Positions 1 through 8,910 of a stretch of 64,000 bases of DNA are shown here, piece after piece. The notes beneath the pieces are model-generated. The model searched no databases. It was not told the DNA's origin and saw nothing but the letters and a program-made list of their open reading frames with translations. Position numbers and translations under genes: made by a program. The stretch comes from Chloroflexota bacterium. Lineage in GTDB: Bacteria > Chloroflexota > UBA6077 > CF-72. The DNA is taken from the NCBI GenBank assembly GCA_019239775.1, contig JAFAZN010000363.1, positions 197-64,196 of the forward strand, read 5' to 3'. Position 1 is the first letter of the stretch, and every line of letters begins with the position of its first letter.

Positions 1-610
1 CCAACGGATCGCGGCCGAATGGCAAGATCCCGAGCCCGTTGCAATCGGGGAACACACCGCTGCATGCCCAACCCGCACCGACCGCCTGGACGGCAGCGCC
101 GCTGAGCCCGACCGCAAACAACACGAATGCGGTGACTTCTGCGACTCGCTTGAAGAGGTCGGCCTGAGGCGCATCGACGCGCTGTGCACCGGGCGGGCCG
201 ATCATCCAGGTGCTGGCAGCCCAGGCGCTGCTTCCAAGGACGATTAGGCCGAGGCCGTCCGCGGTCACTTCACCGAGCGTGAGCAGGTCCAGCGTGTTCA
301 GAACGGCGGCGGCGATGGCGCGGACCGCGTACAGGAGTGGCGCCAACGTGGCCGCGAGCAAGAGGCCTGAATCGAAGCGGCGCGTCAGCCAAGCAGCTGC
401 GCACACGGCCGCAACAAGCACGGCAGCCACGACCGTGACGACAGCGTCGACGCTATCGAGCCACGCTATCGCAGGTAGGGCGCGCGCGGCACTGTCGAGC
501 ACCAGCGCGAACGCGCACACGAGCGACGCGGCCACCGCCAACGCGCGCAGGGCGACGCGCGGCGTGGCCAGGATGGCGGCGGGCGAACGTGCGGTGACGA
601 CGAGCGCCAT
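1..610 (-). CDS. ctaA: Heme A synthase (CtaA/COX15)-like membrane protein, partial (runs off the window start)
   Basis: Hand translation from ATG 610: MALVVTARSPAAILATPRVAL...VGAGWACSGVFPDCNGLG. It is hydrophobic, carries the GAGxAC...PxCxG loop typical of CtaA, and begins 5 nt after the ctaD stop. Absent from the ORF track because it is incomplete. Confidence 0.65.
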   Translation of the reverse strand, partial: MALVVTARSPAAILATPRVALRALAVAASLVCAFALVLDSAARALPAIAWLDSVDAVVTVVAAVLVAAVCAAAWLTRRFDSGLLLAATLAPLLYAVRAIAAAVLNTLDLLTLGEVTADGLGLIVLGSSAWAASTWMIGPPGAQRVDAPQADLFKRVAEVTAFVLFAVGLSGAAVQAVGAGWACSGVFPDCNGLGILPFGRDPL

Positions 611-615
611 AGTCG

Positions 616-2373
616 CTAATGTGTTGGCGCAGCCGTAGGCGGCGCGCCACTCTCCAGTGCGGGCCGGGTCTGGGTGGGTGCGAGCACAGCGAGGCGCAGG
701 TCGCGCAGCGGCCGCTCGGAGCGGATCCGCGGCAGGCTGGCGAAGTTGTACTCAGGCGGCGGCGACGTGGTGAGCCACTCCAGGGTGTTCCCCAGCCAGG
801 GATCGTTGCCCGCGGCAGGCCCGCTGCGCCACGAGCTCAGCATGTTCCACACGAAGATCAGGACCGAAATACCCATCAGGAACGCGCCGATGGTCTCAAC
901 CACGTTCCAGGTAAGGAAACCAGTATCGACCGGGTAAGTCGCGATGCGGCGCTGCATGCCCATCACGCCCAGGATGTGCATCGGAAAGAACGTCAGGTTG
1001 AAGCCGACGATGAGCAACCAGAAATGCCACGCGGCCACACTCTCGCTATACAGGCGACCTGAGATCTTCGGAAACCAGTAGTACGAGGCGGCGAAGACAG
1101 CGAACACACTACCGCCGAACAACACGTAATGGATATGCGCGACGATGAAGTACGTGTTGTGCAACTGGTAGTCGACCGGGACGACGGCCGAGTAGACCCC
1201 ACTCAAGCCACCGATCACGAACATGGTCAAAAAGCCAACCGAGAACAGCAGCGGCGCCTTGAACTGCAGGTGGCCGCCCCACAGCGTGCCCGCCCAGTTG
1301 AAGATCTTCACGCCTGTCGGAACGGCAATGAGCATGGTCATCAGCATGAAGAAGGTCTGGCTGATGACGGGTAGGCCGACCGTGAACATGTGGTGGGCCC
1401 ACACCAGGAAGCCAAGAAAGCCGATCGCGGCCGTAGAGTAAGCCACGGCTTTGTAGCCGAAGATCGGCTTGCGACTGAACACTGGCAGCACTTCAGAGAT
1501 CACACCAAAGTACGGCAGGATCATGATGTAGACGGCGGGGTGCGAGTAGAACCAGAAGCCGTGCTGATAGCCAATGACGTCGCCGCCGCCGTTGGGGTCG
1601 AAGAAGTGGGTACCCAGGTGGCGGTCCGCCAGCACCATGAGCAGGGCCGCGGCAAGCGCAGGCGTTGCGATCAATTGAATGAACGACGTGGTCAGGATCG
1701 CCCACACGAACAGCGGCAGGCGATGCATGGTCATGCCTGGCGTACGCATGTTCAGGATGGTGACCAGGAAGTTCATCGAGCCCAGGATCGAGGAGGTGCC
1801 AAGGATGATCACGCCGATCAGCCAGAGGCTCTCGCCGAAGGGGCTCTGGCCGTTGGTGCCGATAACGCTGAGAGGCGGATACGATGTCCAACCCGCATCG
1901 GCGGCTCCAGTTACGTACTTGCCGGTCGGGTCTGGGAACCAGAACCCTGAAATGATCAGCAGCCCGGCGGGCACGATCATCCAGAACGACAGGGCGTTGA
2001 TCTTGGGAAACGCCACGTCGCGGGCGCCGATCATGAGCGGCACCAGGTAGTTGCCGAGACCGCCGACGCCGAAGGGGATGATGAACAGGAACAGCATCAC
2101 CGAGGCGTGGATCGTGAAGATCTGGTTGTAAGTCTCGTCCTGGAATGGCGCCGACTCGGGCAACGCAAGCTGCGTACGCACCATCAGCGCCGCGATCCCG
2201 CCGATCAGGAAGAAGATGAAGGTCGAAATGATGTACATCAGGCCGATCTTCTTGTGGTCGGTGGTGGTGAGCCAGGCGCCGATGCCTCGTCGCCGCGTGT
2301 GAGCCGGACGTCGTGGGCTGGGCGCGAGCGCGCCTGGCCGCGCAGCGACTGGTGGTGCAGCGGTTATCGCCAT
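616..2373 (-). CDS. ctaD: Cytochrome c oxidase subunit I, A2-type
   Basis: TTDHKKIG, WFYSHPAVY (YS motif in place of GHPEVY), WAHHMF, PTGVK, VAHIHY heme/CuB ligands. Confidence 0.96.
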   Translation of the reverse strand: MAITAAPPVAARPGALAPSPRRPAHTRRRGIGAWLTTTDHKKIGLMYIISTFIFFLIGGIAALMVRTQLALPESAPFQDETYNQIFTIHASVMLFLFIIPFGVGGLGNYLVPLMIGARDVAFPKINALSFWMIVPAGLLIISGFWFPDPTGKYVTGAADAGWTSYPPLSVIGTNGQSPFGESLWLIGVIILGTSSILGSMNFLVTILNMRTPGMTMHRLPLFVWAILTTSFIQLIATPALAAALLMVLADRHLGTHFFDPNGGGDVIGYQHGFWFYSHPAVYIMILPYFGVISEVLPVFSRKPIFGYKAVAYSTAAIGFLGFLVWAHHMFTVGLPVISQTFFMLMTMLIAVPTGVKIFNWAGTLWGGHLQFKAPLLFSVGFLTMFVIGGLSGVYSAVVPVDYQLHNTYFIVAHIHYVLFGGSVFAVFAASYYWFPKISGRLYSESVAAWHFWLLIVGFNLTFFPMHILGVMGMQRRIATYPVDTGFLTWNVVETIGAFLMGISVLIFVWNMLSSWRSGPAAGNDPWLGNTLEWLTTSPPPEYNFASLPRIRSERPLRDLRLAVLAPTQTRPALESGAPPTAAPTH

Positions 2374-2398
2374 GGCGTCAGCTGGCTCCCTCCTGTTG

Positions 2399-3568
2399 TC
2401 ACTTCAGCGTCTCGAGGTAGGCGACGATGTTGGTCGCCTCCTGGTCGGTCAGCCCGAGGTTCGGCATGATCGTGCCCGGCTTCAGGCCAGGCGGGTTCAT
2501 GATCCACGCCTTGAGGTCGTTCGGGCCGTTGTTCGGCACCGCGCCACCCGCGATGCGATTGCGCGAAGCGACGCCGGCCAGGTTGGGGCCGATGGTGCCG
2601 TTGGCGCCTGGGATGTTCGGAATGGTGTGGCAACCACCGCAGCCCTTCTGCTGAATCAACTGAGCGCCTACCGCGGGATCACCGCCACCCGGGGCCGGTT
2701 GCGGCGGGTTGGCGGGTGCTGGCGCGCCTGGCACGGGCGCGGGCGAGACTGCAGGTAGTACAGACGGCTGGACGCCTGGTGAAGCCGCCGGTGCTGGTAC
2801 CACAGGTGCCGCTGACGGGCTGGCTGCCGGGTTGGGCACGGGCGCCGCCGGCGCGGCCGCGCCGGATTGCTGTTGTTGGAGCCAGGTCTGGAAATCGGCG
2901 GGCGCCTGGGTGGTGACGCGGAACAACATGCCGCTGTGGCCTGCGCCGCACAGCATGGCGCAGACGCCGCGGAATTCGCCCACCTGGTTGGCCGTGAAGG
3001 TTATGTGGTTGATGCGGCCGGGGTTCGCATCGATCTGACCGAACAGGTCGGGTACCCAAAAGCCGTGGATCACGTCGACTGCGGTCACGTCGAAGACGAT
3101 TTGCTGGCCGGTGGGCAGGTGCAGGTCGTTGGTGGTTTTGACGCCGGAGTTGCCGTAGCCGAACTCCCACGAGAACTGTCGGCCGGTGACGGAGATGTGC
3201 ATGAGGTTGGGATCGGTGGGAATCTGGCTCAGCTCACCGAGGCGCGTGACGGTGATGCCAAACAGGCCAATGAGGATCAGCGCGGGCACGGTGGCCCACA
3301 TCACTTCCAGGCGCGTATTGCCGTGGATCTGCGGCGGCTCCTGGGTTGGTAGCGGTGTTCTTCTTCTGAATCGCAGGCTGGAGTAGATCAGCAGGCCTTC
3401 GACCAGGATGAACACGATCGTCGCCAGGACCAGCGTGAACCAGAACAGCTGGCTGATCTGTTCGGCGCCGTCAGACGAAGGCGCGACCGGCCAGGGCTGG
3501 GCGGCGGCAGGCGAGGGGAGGGAGAGCGCTGCGAAAGCCAGCGGGACGGCGAGCAGCAGTCGACGCAT
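2399..3568 (-). CDS. ctaC: Cytochrome c oxidase subunit II with C-terminal cytochrome c (caa3-type)
   Basis: CuA motif DVIHGFWVP...CAMLCGAGHSGM, Pro/Ala linker, CGGCH heme c motif with MPNL axial Met. ATG 3568 preferred over TTG 3574. Confidence 0.93.
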   Translation of the reverse strand: MRRLLLAVPLAFAALSLPSPAAAQPWPVAPSSDGAEQISQLFWFTLVLATIVFILVEGLLIYSSLRFRRRTPLPTQEPPQIHGNTRLEVMWATVPALILIGLFGITVTRLGELSQIPTDPNLMHISVTGRQFSWEFGYGNSGVKTTNDLHLPTGQQIVFDVTAVDVIHGFWVPDLFGQIDANPGRINHITFTANQVGEFRGVCAMLCGAGHSGMLFRVTTQAPADFQTWLQQQQSGAAAPAAPVPNPAASPSAAPVVPAPAASPGVQPSVLPAVSPAPVPGAPAPANPPQPAPGGGDPAVGAQLIQQKGCGGCHTIPNIPGANGTIGPNLAGVASRNRIAGGAVPNNGPNDLKAWIMNPPGLKPGTIMPNLGLTDQEATNIVAYLETLK

Positions 3569-3644
3569 CAACAAACGCTACTCATCATGATAGCCATAGG
3601 CCCGCATCGTGCGGAGCCCACACCGCGGTGAACGCCGCACAGGG

Positions 3645-3722
3645 TCCGTGGGATGACTCTCCGCAGGGTGGCACTCCGTGGGCAACACTCCCGTGAGAGT
3701 CCACCCCTCTGAGGAGTAGACT
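3645..3722. promoter_or_regulatory. Tandem imperfect palindromes in the divergent promoter region of the A2 oxidase operon
   Basis: ACTCTCCGCAGGGT (3656-3669), ACTCCCGTGAGAGT (3687-3700), ACCCCTCTGAGGAGT (3703-3717), followed by a -10-like TAGACT (3717-3722). Confidence 0.4.
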
Positions 3723-3741
3723 CGTCCGGTAGGGCGGCGTC

Positions 3742-4050
3742 ATGGAGAACAAGGGCGCGTTACTCACCGTCGCGATTCCGCTGGTTGCCTTCAAGATCTG
3801 GTTCGCAATCTTGCTGCTGATGTACGCGCCGACGCGCGACACGATGGTCTGGATCGCGGCCACGCACTGGACGCTGCTGATCGTGTTCGGCTTCATGATC
3901 GCGGCCGCCATCCCTGCGTACAGACTGCTGAAGGGTCGCCTCAAGCGCGGCCGCCTCCGCCGAGCCGAATTCATGGTCGAACCCGAGCCGAAGGTGGCTC
4001 AGTGCTCGGCCCTGTGGGAAACCGTGTCGCGACTCGAGGGCGGCGACTGA
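3742..4050 (+). CDS. Small hypothetical membrane protein (2 TM plus basic tail)
   Basis: 102-aa ORF with two hydrophobic segments and an upstream -10-like box; fills the gap between the two oxidase operons. Confidence 0.55.
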   Translation: MENKGALLTVAIPLVAFKIWFAILLLMYAPTRDTMVWIAATHWTLLIVFGFMIAAAIPAYRLLKGRLKRGRLRRAEFMVEPEPKVAQCSALWETVSRLEGGD

Positions 4051-5084
4051 TCCGACTCAGGCCGGGTCGCCAACCAGAGCGCCCCAAAGCCGATGATGAA
4101 GATGCCGCAGACCGCTGCCAAGACCGCCTTGGCGATCGTGATCGGTCCGATCTCGAATTCGCTTTTGCCAAGTTGCAGAAGACTTGTTCCTAACGTTGAG
4201 ATGATCGCGGCGATCACCACAATCAACGCAGGCGGAATCAGAAACGGCAGCACTTTGTACTGAAATGGATCCGGCCCCGAAGCCAGCTCAGCGGCATCGG
4301 GCGGGGTCTGCGGCAGACCTGCAAAGGAGCCAACAATGCCACCCACCGCACCGCCAGCGAGGATGCCGCCGACGGCCAAAGCAGCCTGCCAGCCGCCAAA
4401 GTCCACGTTGGGTAAGACTGGCGGCAACACGATCGCCAAGCCAGCGCCCACCAGCGCCCCAACGATAGCCCCGACCACGATTCCGGCCGCGCCGAAGTCC
4501 TCAGAATGCGCAACCGCCACCGCCTGCAACGGCTCGTCGTGGGTTAGGTCGGAAGCGATGGCCGCGTCGTCGGAAGACGTGTCGTAGAGCTGGCCCAGCG
4601 TGAAACCGTAGATGAGGTGCAAGACCAGGTTCCCGAGCGGCACCAGCGGCCCAGCCGACAGAGCCCAACCGAGCATGTTGACCATCGCCGCGGGCAAGAG
4701 CACCAGCAACGACACCAACCATGGCAGCAGCGCGAAGCGCACGCCGCGTTCCCAACCCGGCCCGCGTCCGATCCACCAACTGAGGCCTCGGTTCCACTCG
4801 ATAAACCGTGCGTAGAGCAACGCCCAGACAATGCCGAGCACCACGTGAATCGCCAGGGCGTAGGCCGGGCGGCCGCTGCTGAAGCCGACGACTTCGTTAT
4901 GAGTGAGCTGCCAGAGCCATTGCCGTAGCACGTCACCCTGCGAGTCTGCGGCGCCGTTCGCGAGCACGTAGGCGATCATCAACGCCGCCGTCGAGGTACC
5001 GATTGCAACGAACCCGGCGATGATGGCATCCGACAACCAGCGCTCACGAACGCGCGTGCGACGCTCGAGCGTTGCTTCAGTCAT
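3999..5084 (-). CDS. Polytopic membrane protein, last gene of the A1 oxidase operon
   Basis: About 8 TM segments; intramembrane His motifs AIHVVLG and VLHLIYG; start directly abuts the ctaG stop. Confidence 0.75.
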   Translation of the reverse strand: MTEATLERRTRVRERWLSDAIIAGFVAIGTSTAALMIAYVLANGAADSQGDVLRQWLWQLTHNEVVGFSSGRPAYALAIHVVLGIVWALLYARFIEWNRGLSWWIGRGPGWERGVRFALLPWLVSLLVLLPAAMVNMLGWALSAGPLVPLGNLVLHLIYGFTLGQLYDTSSDDAAIASDLTHDEPLQAVAVAHSEDFGAAGIVVGAIVGALVGAGLAIVLPPVLPNVDFGGWQAALAVGGILAGGAVGGIVGSFAGLPQTPPDAAELASGPDPFQYKVLPFLIPPALIVVIAAIISTLGTSLLQLGKSEFEIGPITIAKAVLAAVCGIFIIGFGALWLATRPESDQSPPSSRDTVSHRAEH

Positions 5085-5909
5085 CTATCTACTGGCTACC
5101 CCCTGTGTCACGCCCGGGCGCCGGTTCGCCGCTTCTTCGCGCGCGGCCCAGGCAAAGAACACCACACCCGTGGCGATCAGAAAATACACGCCACCGCCGA
5201 CCCACATGATCAGGCCGCCAAGCTGCTGATCTTCGAGCGCGCCCAATGCCGTCAGGCGTGGCGCCAGCTCATAGGTGATGTACAGCGGTGCGGATGCCAT
5301 CGCGAGCAGCGCGCCGACCAACGATGCCGGAATCGTCTGCAGGAACAGATACAGCACCTGGCCCAGAGCCGGATACGGTACCGAGATCTCAGGCACCGGA
5401 CTCAGTACGGGCATCCACATCAGCATAGCCGTCAATACGAATACCACGTGTTCGGCGGCATGCAATGGCTCGCTGGCGAGCGTGAGTTCGTAGAAGACCG
5501 GGATGTGCGCGAAGGCGAAGATCAGGTTGAATCCGAAGAACGCGACGAGCGGGTGACGCGCCCAGCGCACGAAGCCTGCGAGGCGGGTGGCGGCGAGCAA
5601 TTCGCGCAGCAACCAGGCTGGCATGCCGCCCAGCAGCAGCGGCGCGACACCGAGGATCAACAGCAGATGCTGCAGCATGTGCGCGGTGAACAGGTACTTG
5701 TCGCCGATCGTGTCGAGAGGACTTGCCAACGCCACGAGGGCGAGCGCCACGCCGCCGTAGAACGCAATCTGCTTCGGTGTCGAGACAGGCGTTGCAGCCA
5801 CAAACTTGTCCCTGTACGTCTGAGTGCACAGCCAGTACAGCGCCGCGACAGCAATTGCACCAGCCACCACACTCGGGGAGGGGCTGAATAACGCGAGGGT
5901 GGGTTCCAC
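5085..5909 (-). CDS. ctaG: Cytochrome c oxidase assembly factor CtaG (caa3 type)
   Basis: SPLD...YLFTAHMLQH, HIP, EH and DQQLGGLIMW motifs. Confidence 0.9.
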   Translation of the reverse strand: MEPTLALFSPSPSVVAGAIAVAALYWLCTQTYRDKFVAATPVSTPKQIAFYGGVALALVALASPLDTIGDKYLFTAHMLQHLLLILGVAPLLLGGMPAWLLRELLAATRLAGFVRWARHPLVAFFGFNLIFAFAHIPVFYELTLASEPLHAAEHVVFVLTAMLMWMPVLSPVPEISVPYPALGQVLYLFLQTIPASLVGALLAMASAPLYITYELAPRLTALGALEDQQLGGLIMWVGGGVYFLIATGVVFFAWAAREEAANRRPGVTQGVASR

Positions 5910-5932
5910 GGTGTGGAGGGGCCTGGCGACCC

Positions 5933-6277
5933 CTAGGCGAGGTGGTGGGGTAGTGGGTACTGGCCAAACAGGAACATCAACGCGGTGATGATGGAGCCGC
6001 CCACCATCAGGCCGAAGCCGAACACGCCGAGGAACAACGGGTGATCGAACTTCAAATGCATATAGAAACCAACCACCATCACGAACTTCGAGGCGGACAG
6101 GACGAGCAGCAGCGGAACGAGAAAGGCGCGCACCGACTCCTGGGTGTAGAAGAAGACCTCGGCGACCGTGATGATCGCCAGGATCACGCCAACAATGGTG
6201 TAGGTCTTTGCGCCTGGATGCGCGTGCTCAACCGCGTGTTCTTCGGCGTGGCCGTGGCCGTGATCAATCGTTGCCAT
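5933..6277 (-). CDS. Cytochrome c oxidase subunit IV (caa3 type)
   Basis: 3 TM segments with the KFVMVVGFYMHLKFD motif; follows subunit III. Confidence 0.85.
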   Translation of the reverse strand: MATIDHGHGHAEEHAVEHAHPGAKTYTIVGVILAIITVAEVFFYTQESVRAFLVPLLLVLSASKFVMVVGFYMHLKFDHPLFLGVFGFGLMVGGSIITALMFLFGQYPLPHHLA

Positions 6278-6927
6278 CAGTCAGGTATGAGATACACGAG
6301 CGTGAAGATCAGGATCCACACGATGTCGACGAAGTGCCAGTAGAGGCCGGCGATCTCCACGAGCAACGAGTGTTCCTGATGCAACTTGCCTCTGAACGAG
6401 TGCGTAACCAGCGAACCAAGCCAGAACACGCCGATCGCCACGTGCGTCCCGTGGAAGCCTGTCAGTGTGAAAAAGGTCGACCCGAACAGGTTGCGGCTCA
6501 AGGTCAAACCGTCGTGATAGAAAGTGGTGAACTCGTAGAACTGGCCGCCGAGGAAGACGCAACCGAGTAGGGCGGTGGCTGAGAGCCACACCCGCATGCG
6601 GCGCTCTTCGCCACGCTGAATAGAGGCCAGCGCGAGCACCATCGTCAAACTGCTCAGCAGCAGGACGAACGCGCTAACCGACGTGTACGGCACGTCGAAG
6701 GTCTCGCGCGGTAGCGGTCCGTCGATACTGCGGTTCTTGTAGACCATGTAGGTCGCGATTAGCGTGCCAAAGAACATGCAGTCCGACGCGAGGAACGCCC
6801 ACATCAACAACTTCCGGTTGTCGAGCCCCGTGCTGGTGTGCGGGTGTTCCAGGACCAGCGGCGCGCCAGCCGTTGCTGGCGGCGCGGCGCCTGTATCGAC
6901 GATGACCGGGACAGCGGTATGCGCCAT
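6277..6927 (-). CDS. ctaE: Cytochrome c oxidase subunit III
   Basis: WAFLASDCMFF, TGFHGTHV, LYWHFVDIVW. Start taken as ATG 6927, overlapping the ctaD stop (TAATG). Confidence 0.93.
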   Translation of the reverse strand: MAHTAVPVIVDTGAAPPATAGAPLVLEHPHTSTGLDNRKLLMWAFLASDCMFFGTLIATYMVYKNRSIDGPLPRETFDVPYTSVSAFVLLLSSLTMVLALASIQRGEERRMRVWLSATALLGCVFLGGQFYEFTTFYHDGLTLSRNLFGSTFFTLTGFHGTHVAIGVFWLGSLVTHSFRGKLHQEHSLLVEIAGLYWHFVDIVWILIFTLVYLIPD

Positions 6928-8867
6928 TACGCTGGCTCGAACGACCAGCCGTAGATGCTGCCGATCAGCAGCATCAGGCCAAGGATTGCGAAGATCGGAA
7001 TCGTCACCGGACCAAACGAATCGGCAAACAGCAGGCCGCTGGCCATCGTCGCCAGTCCGACCGCGCACAGCAGCGGCCAGAACGATGGCGACGGCATGTG
7101 GATGACCGGCGGTGCAGCATCGGGCGCCGCGACCGCGACAACGTCGTGCGCGGTTTCCGTCGCGTGACCAGGCCCGCCAGCCAGCGGCTCAACCTCGATC
7201 GGATCGAGGTGCATGCGTTCCGGATGTTTCATGGCCCACCACGCGTCGCGCGAGTGCACCGTCGGGATACGCGCAAAGTTGTAAATGGGCGGGGGTGACG
7301 GGATCGACCACTCGAGGGTGGCGCCATCCCACGGATCGTCGGGCGCGATCTCGCCGAAGCGCAAGCTGGTGAACAGATTGATCACGAACAGCAGAACTGA
7401 GAAGCCCAGACCGATCGCACCAATTGTCGAGAGCTGGTTCAGCTGGGTCACACCCAGGTCGGGACCATAGGTGTAGACGCGGCGCGGCATGCCCAGCAGC
7501 CCCGTCCAGTGCATCGGCATGAACGTGACGTTGAAGAAGATGAGGAATGTCCAGAAGTTCCATTGGCCAAGCGTCTCATTCGGCATGCGACCGCTCATCT
7601 TGGGGAACCAGTAATAGACGCCCGCGAAGAGCGCCATGATGCTGCCGCCAATCAACACGTAGTGGATGTGGGCAACGATGAAGTAGGTGTCGTGCTGGAT
7701 GAGATCAGCCGGTGGCGACGCGTGCATGATGCCGGTCACGCCACCAATGATGAACATGCTGATGAAGCCGACCGCGAACAGCATTGGTGTCTTGAAGCTG
7801 ACCGACCCTTTGAACATCGTGCCGATCCAGTTGAAGATCTTCACGCCGGTGGGCACGGCGATCAGCATCGTGCTGGAGGCAAACACCGCGTCGGCGATCG
7901 CGCCGAGGCCGACCGCGAACATGTGGTGCGCCCATACGCCAAAGGCAAGGAAGGCGATTGCGATACCCGAGTAGACCATTACGGCGTAGCCAAACAGCGG
8001 CTTGCGCGAGAACACCGGGATGATCTCGGAGACGATGCCCATGGCGGGCAAGATCAGGATGTACACCTCAGGATGGCCAAACACCCAGAAGAGGTGCTGC
8101 CACAGGACAGGGTCGCCACCATGGGGCACGCTGTAGAAGTTGGTGTCGAAGAAGCGGTCGAACATCAGCAGGATGAGTCCGACCGTGATCGACGGGAAGG
8201 CCAGCAGCAGGAGCACCATCGTGATGAGCGACATCCAGCAGAAAATGGGCAGCCGCATGAAGCCCAAGCCCGGCGCGCGCATGTTGACGATGGTTACGAA
8301 GAAGTTCAGGGCCGCGGCGATCGACGCGACGCCAAGGACCTGTAGGCCGAGCATCCAGAAGTCGATGCCAGGGCCGGGTGAGTATGTTCGGGTGGTCAGA
8401 TTGGCATAGCCGAACCAGCCTGCGTCAGGCGCACCGCCGAGCAGAAAACTGATGTTCAGCATGATGCCGCCCAGGATGAACGCCCAGTAGCTGAAGGCGT
8501 TCAGGCGTGGGAAAGCCACGTCTCGGGCGCCAATCTGCAGCGGAATGATGAAGTTGAAGAACGAGGCACCCAGGGGCATGATCGCCAGGAAGATCATGGT
8601 CGTGGCGTGCATCGTGAATAGCGAGTTGAACATCTGGGCGCTGACCAGGTTGTTCTCGGGCGTCCAGAGCTGCAGGCGGATAACGAGCGCTTCGAGGCCG
8701 CCGATCACGAAAAACGCGCCAGCTGAGACGCCGTACAGGATGCCGATGCGTTTGTGGTCGACGGTAGTCAGCCAGCTCCACAGGCCCTTGTAGGCGGGGT
8801 CTGCCAGTGTTGGCGGGGCGACGACCATTCCGCCAACGCGCGGCAGCGGTGCGCTAACTACGGCCAT
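6927..8867 (-). CDS. ctaD: Cytochrome c oxidase subunit I, A1-type
   Basis: WVFGHPEVY, WAHHMF, HDTYFIVAHIHY; two extra C-terminal TM helices after IHMPSPS. Confidence 0.97.
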   Translation of the reverse strand: MAVVSAPLPRVGGMVVAPPTLADPAYKGLWSWLTTVDHKRIGILYGVSAGAFFVIGGLEALVIRLQLWTPENNLVSAQMFNSLFTMHATTMIFLAIMPLGASFFNFIIPLQIGARDVAFPRLNAFSYWAFILGGIMLNISFLLGGAPDAGWFGYANLTTRTYSPGPGIDFWMLGLQVLGVASIAAALNFFVTIVNMRAPGLGFMRLPIFCWMSLITMVLLLLAFPSITVGLILLMFDRFFDTNFYSVPHGGDPVLWQHLFWVFGHPEVYILILPAMGIVSEIIPVFSRKPLFGYAVMVYSGIAIAFLAFGVWAHHMFAVGLGAIADAVFASSTMLIAVPTGVKIFNWIGTMFKGSVSFKTPMLFAVGFISMFIIGGVTGIMHASPPADLIQHDTYFIVAHIHYVLIGGSIMALFAGVYYWFPKMSGRMPNETLGQWNFWTFLIFFNVTFMPMHWTGLLGMPRRVYTYGPDLGVTQLNQLSTIGAIGLGFSVLLFVINLFTSLRFGEIAPDDPWDGATLEWSIPSPPPIYNFARIPTVHSRDAWWAMKHPERMHLDPIEVEPLAGGPGHATETAHDVVAVAAPDAAPPVIHMPSPSFWPLLCAVGLATMASGLLFADSFGPVTIPIFAILGLMLLIGSIYGWSFEPA

Positions 8868-8910
8868 ATGCGCTCGAGCTCCTTCCTGGCGGGCGATCGT
8901 CCGTACATGT

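Noticed and set aside
210-638. 142-aa plus-strand ORF
   Set aside because: Antisense shadow of the CtaA-like gene.
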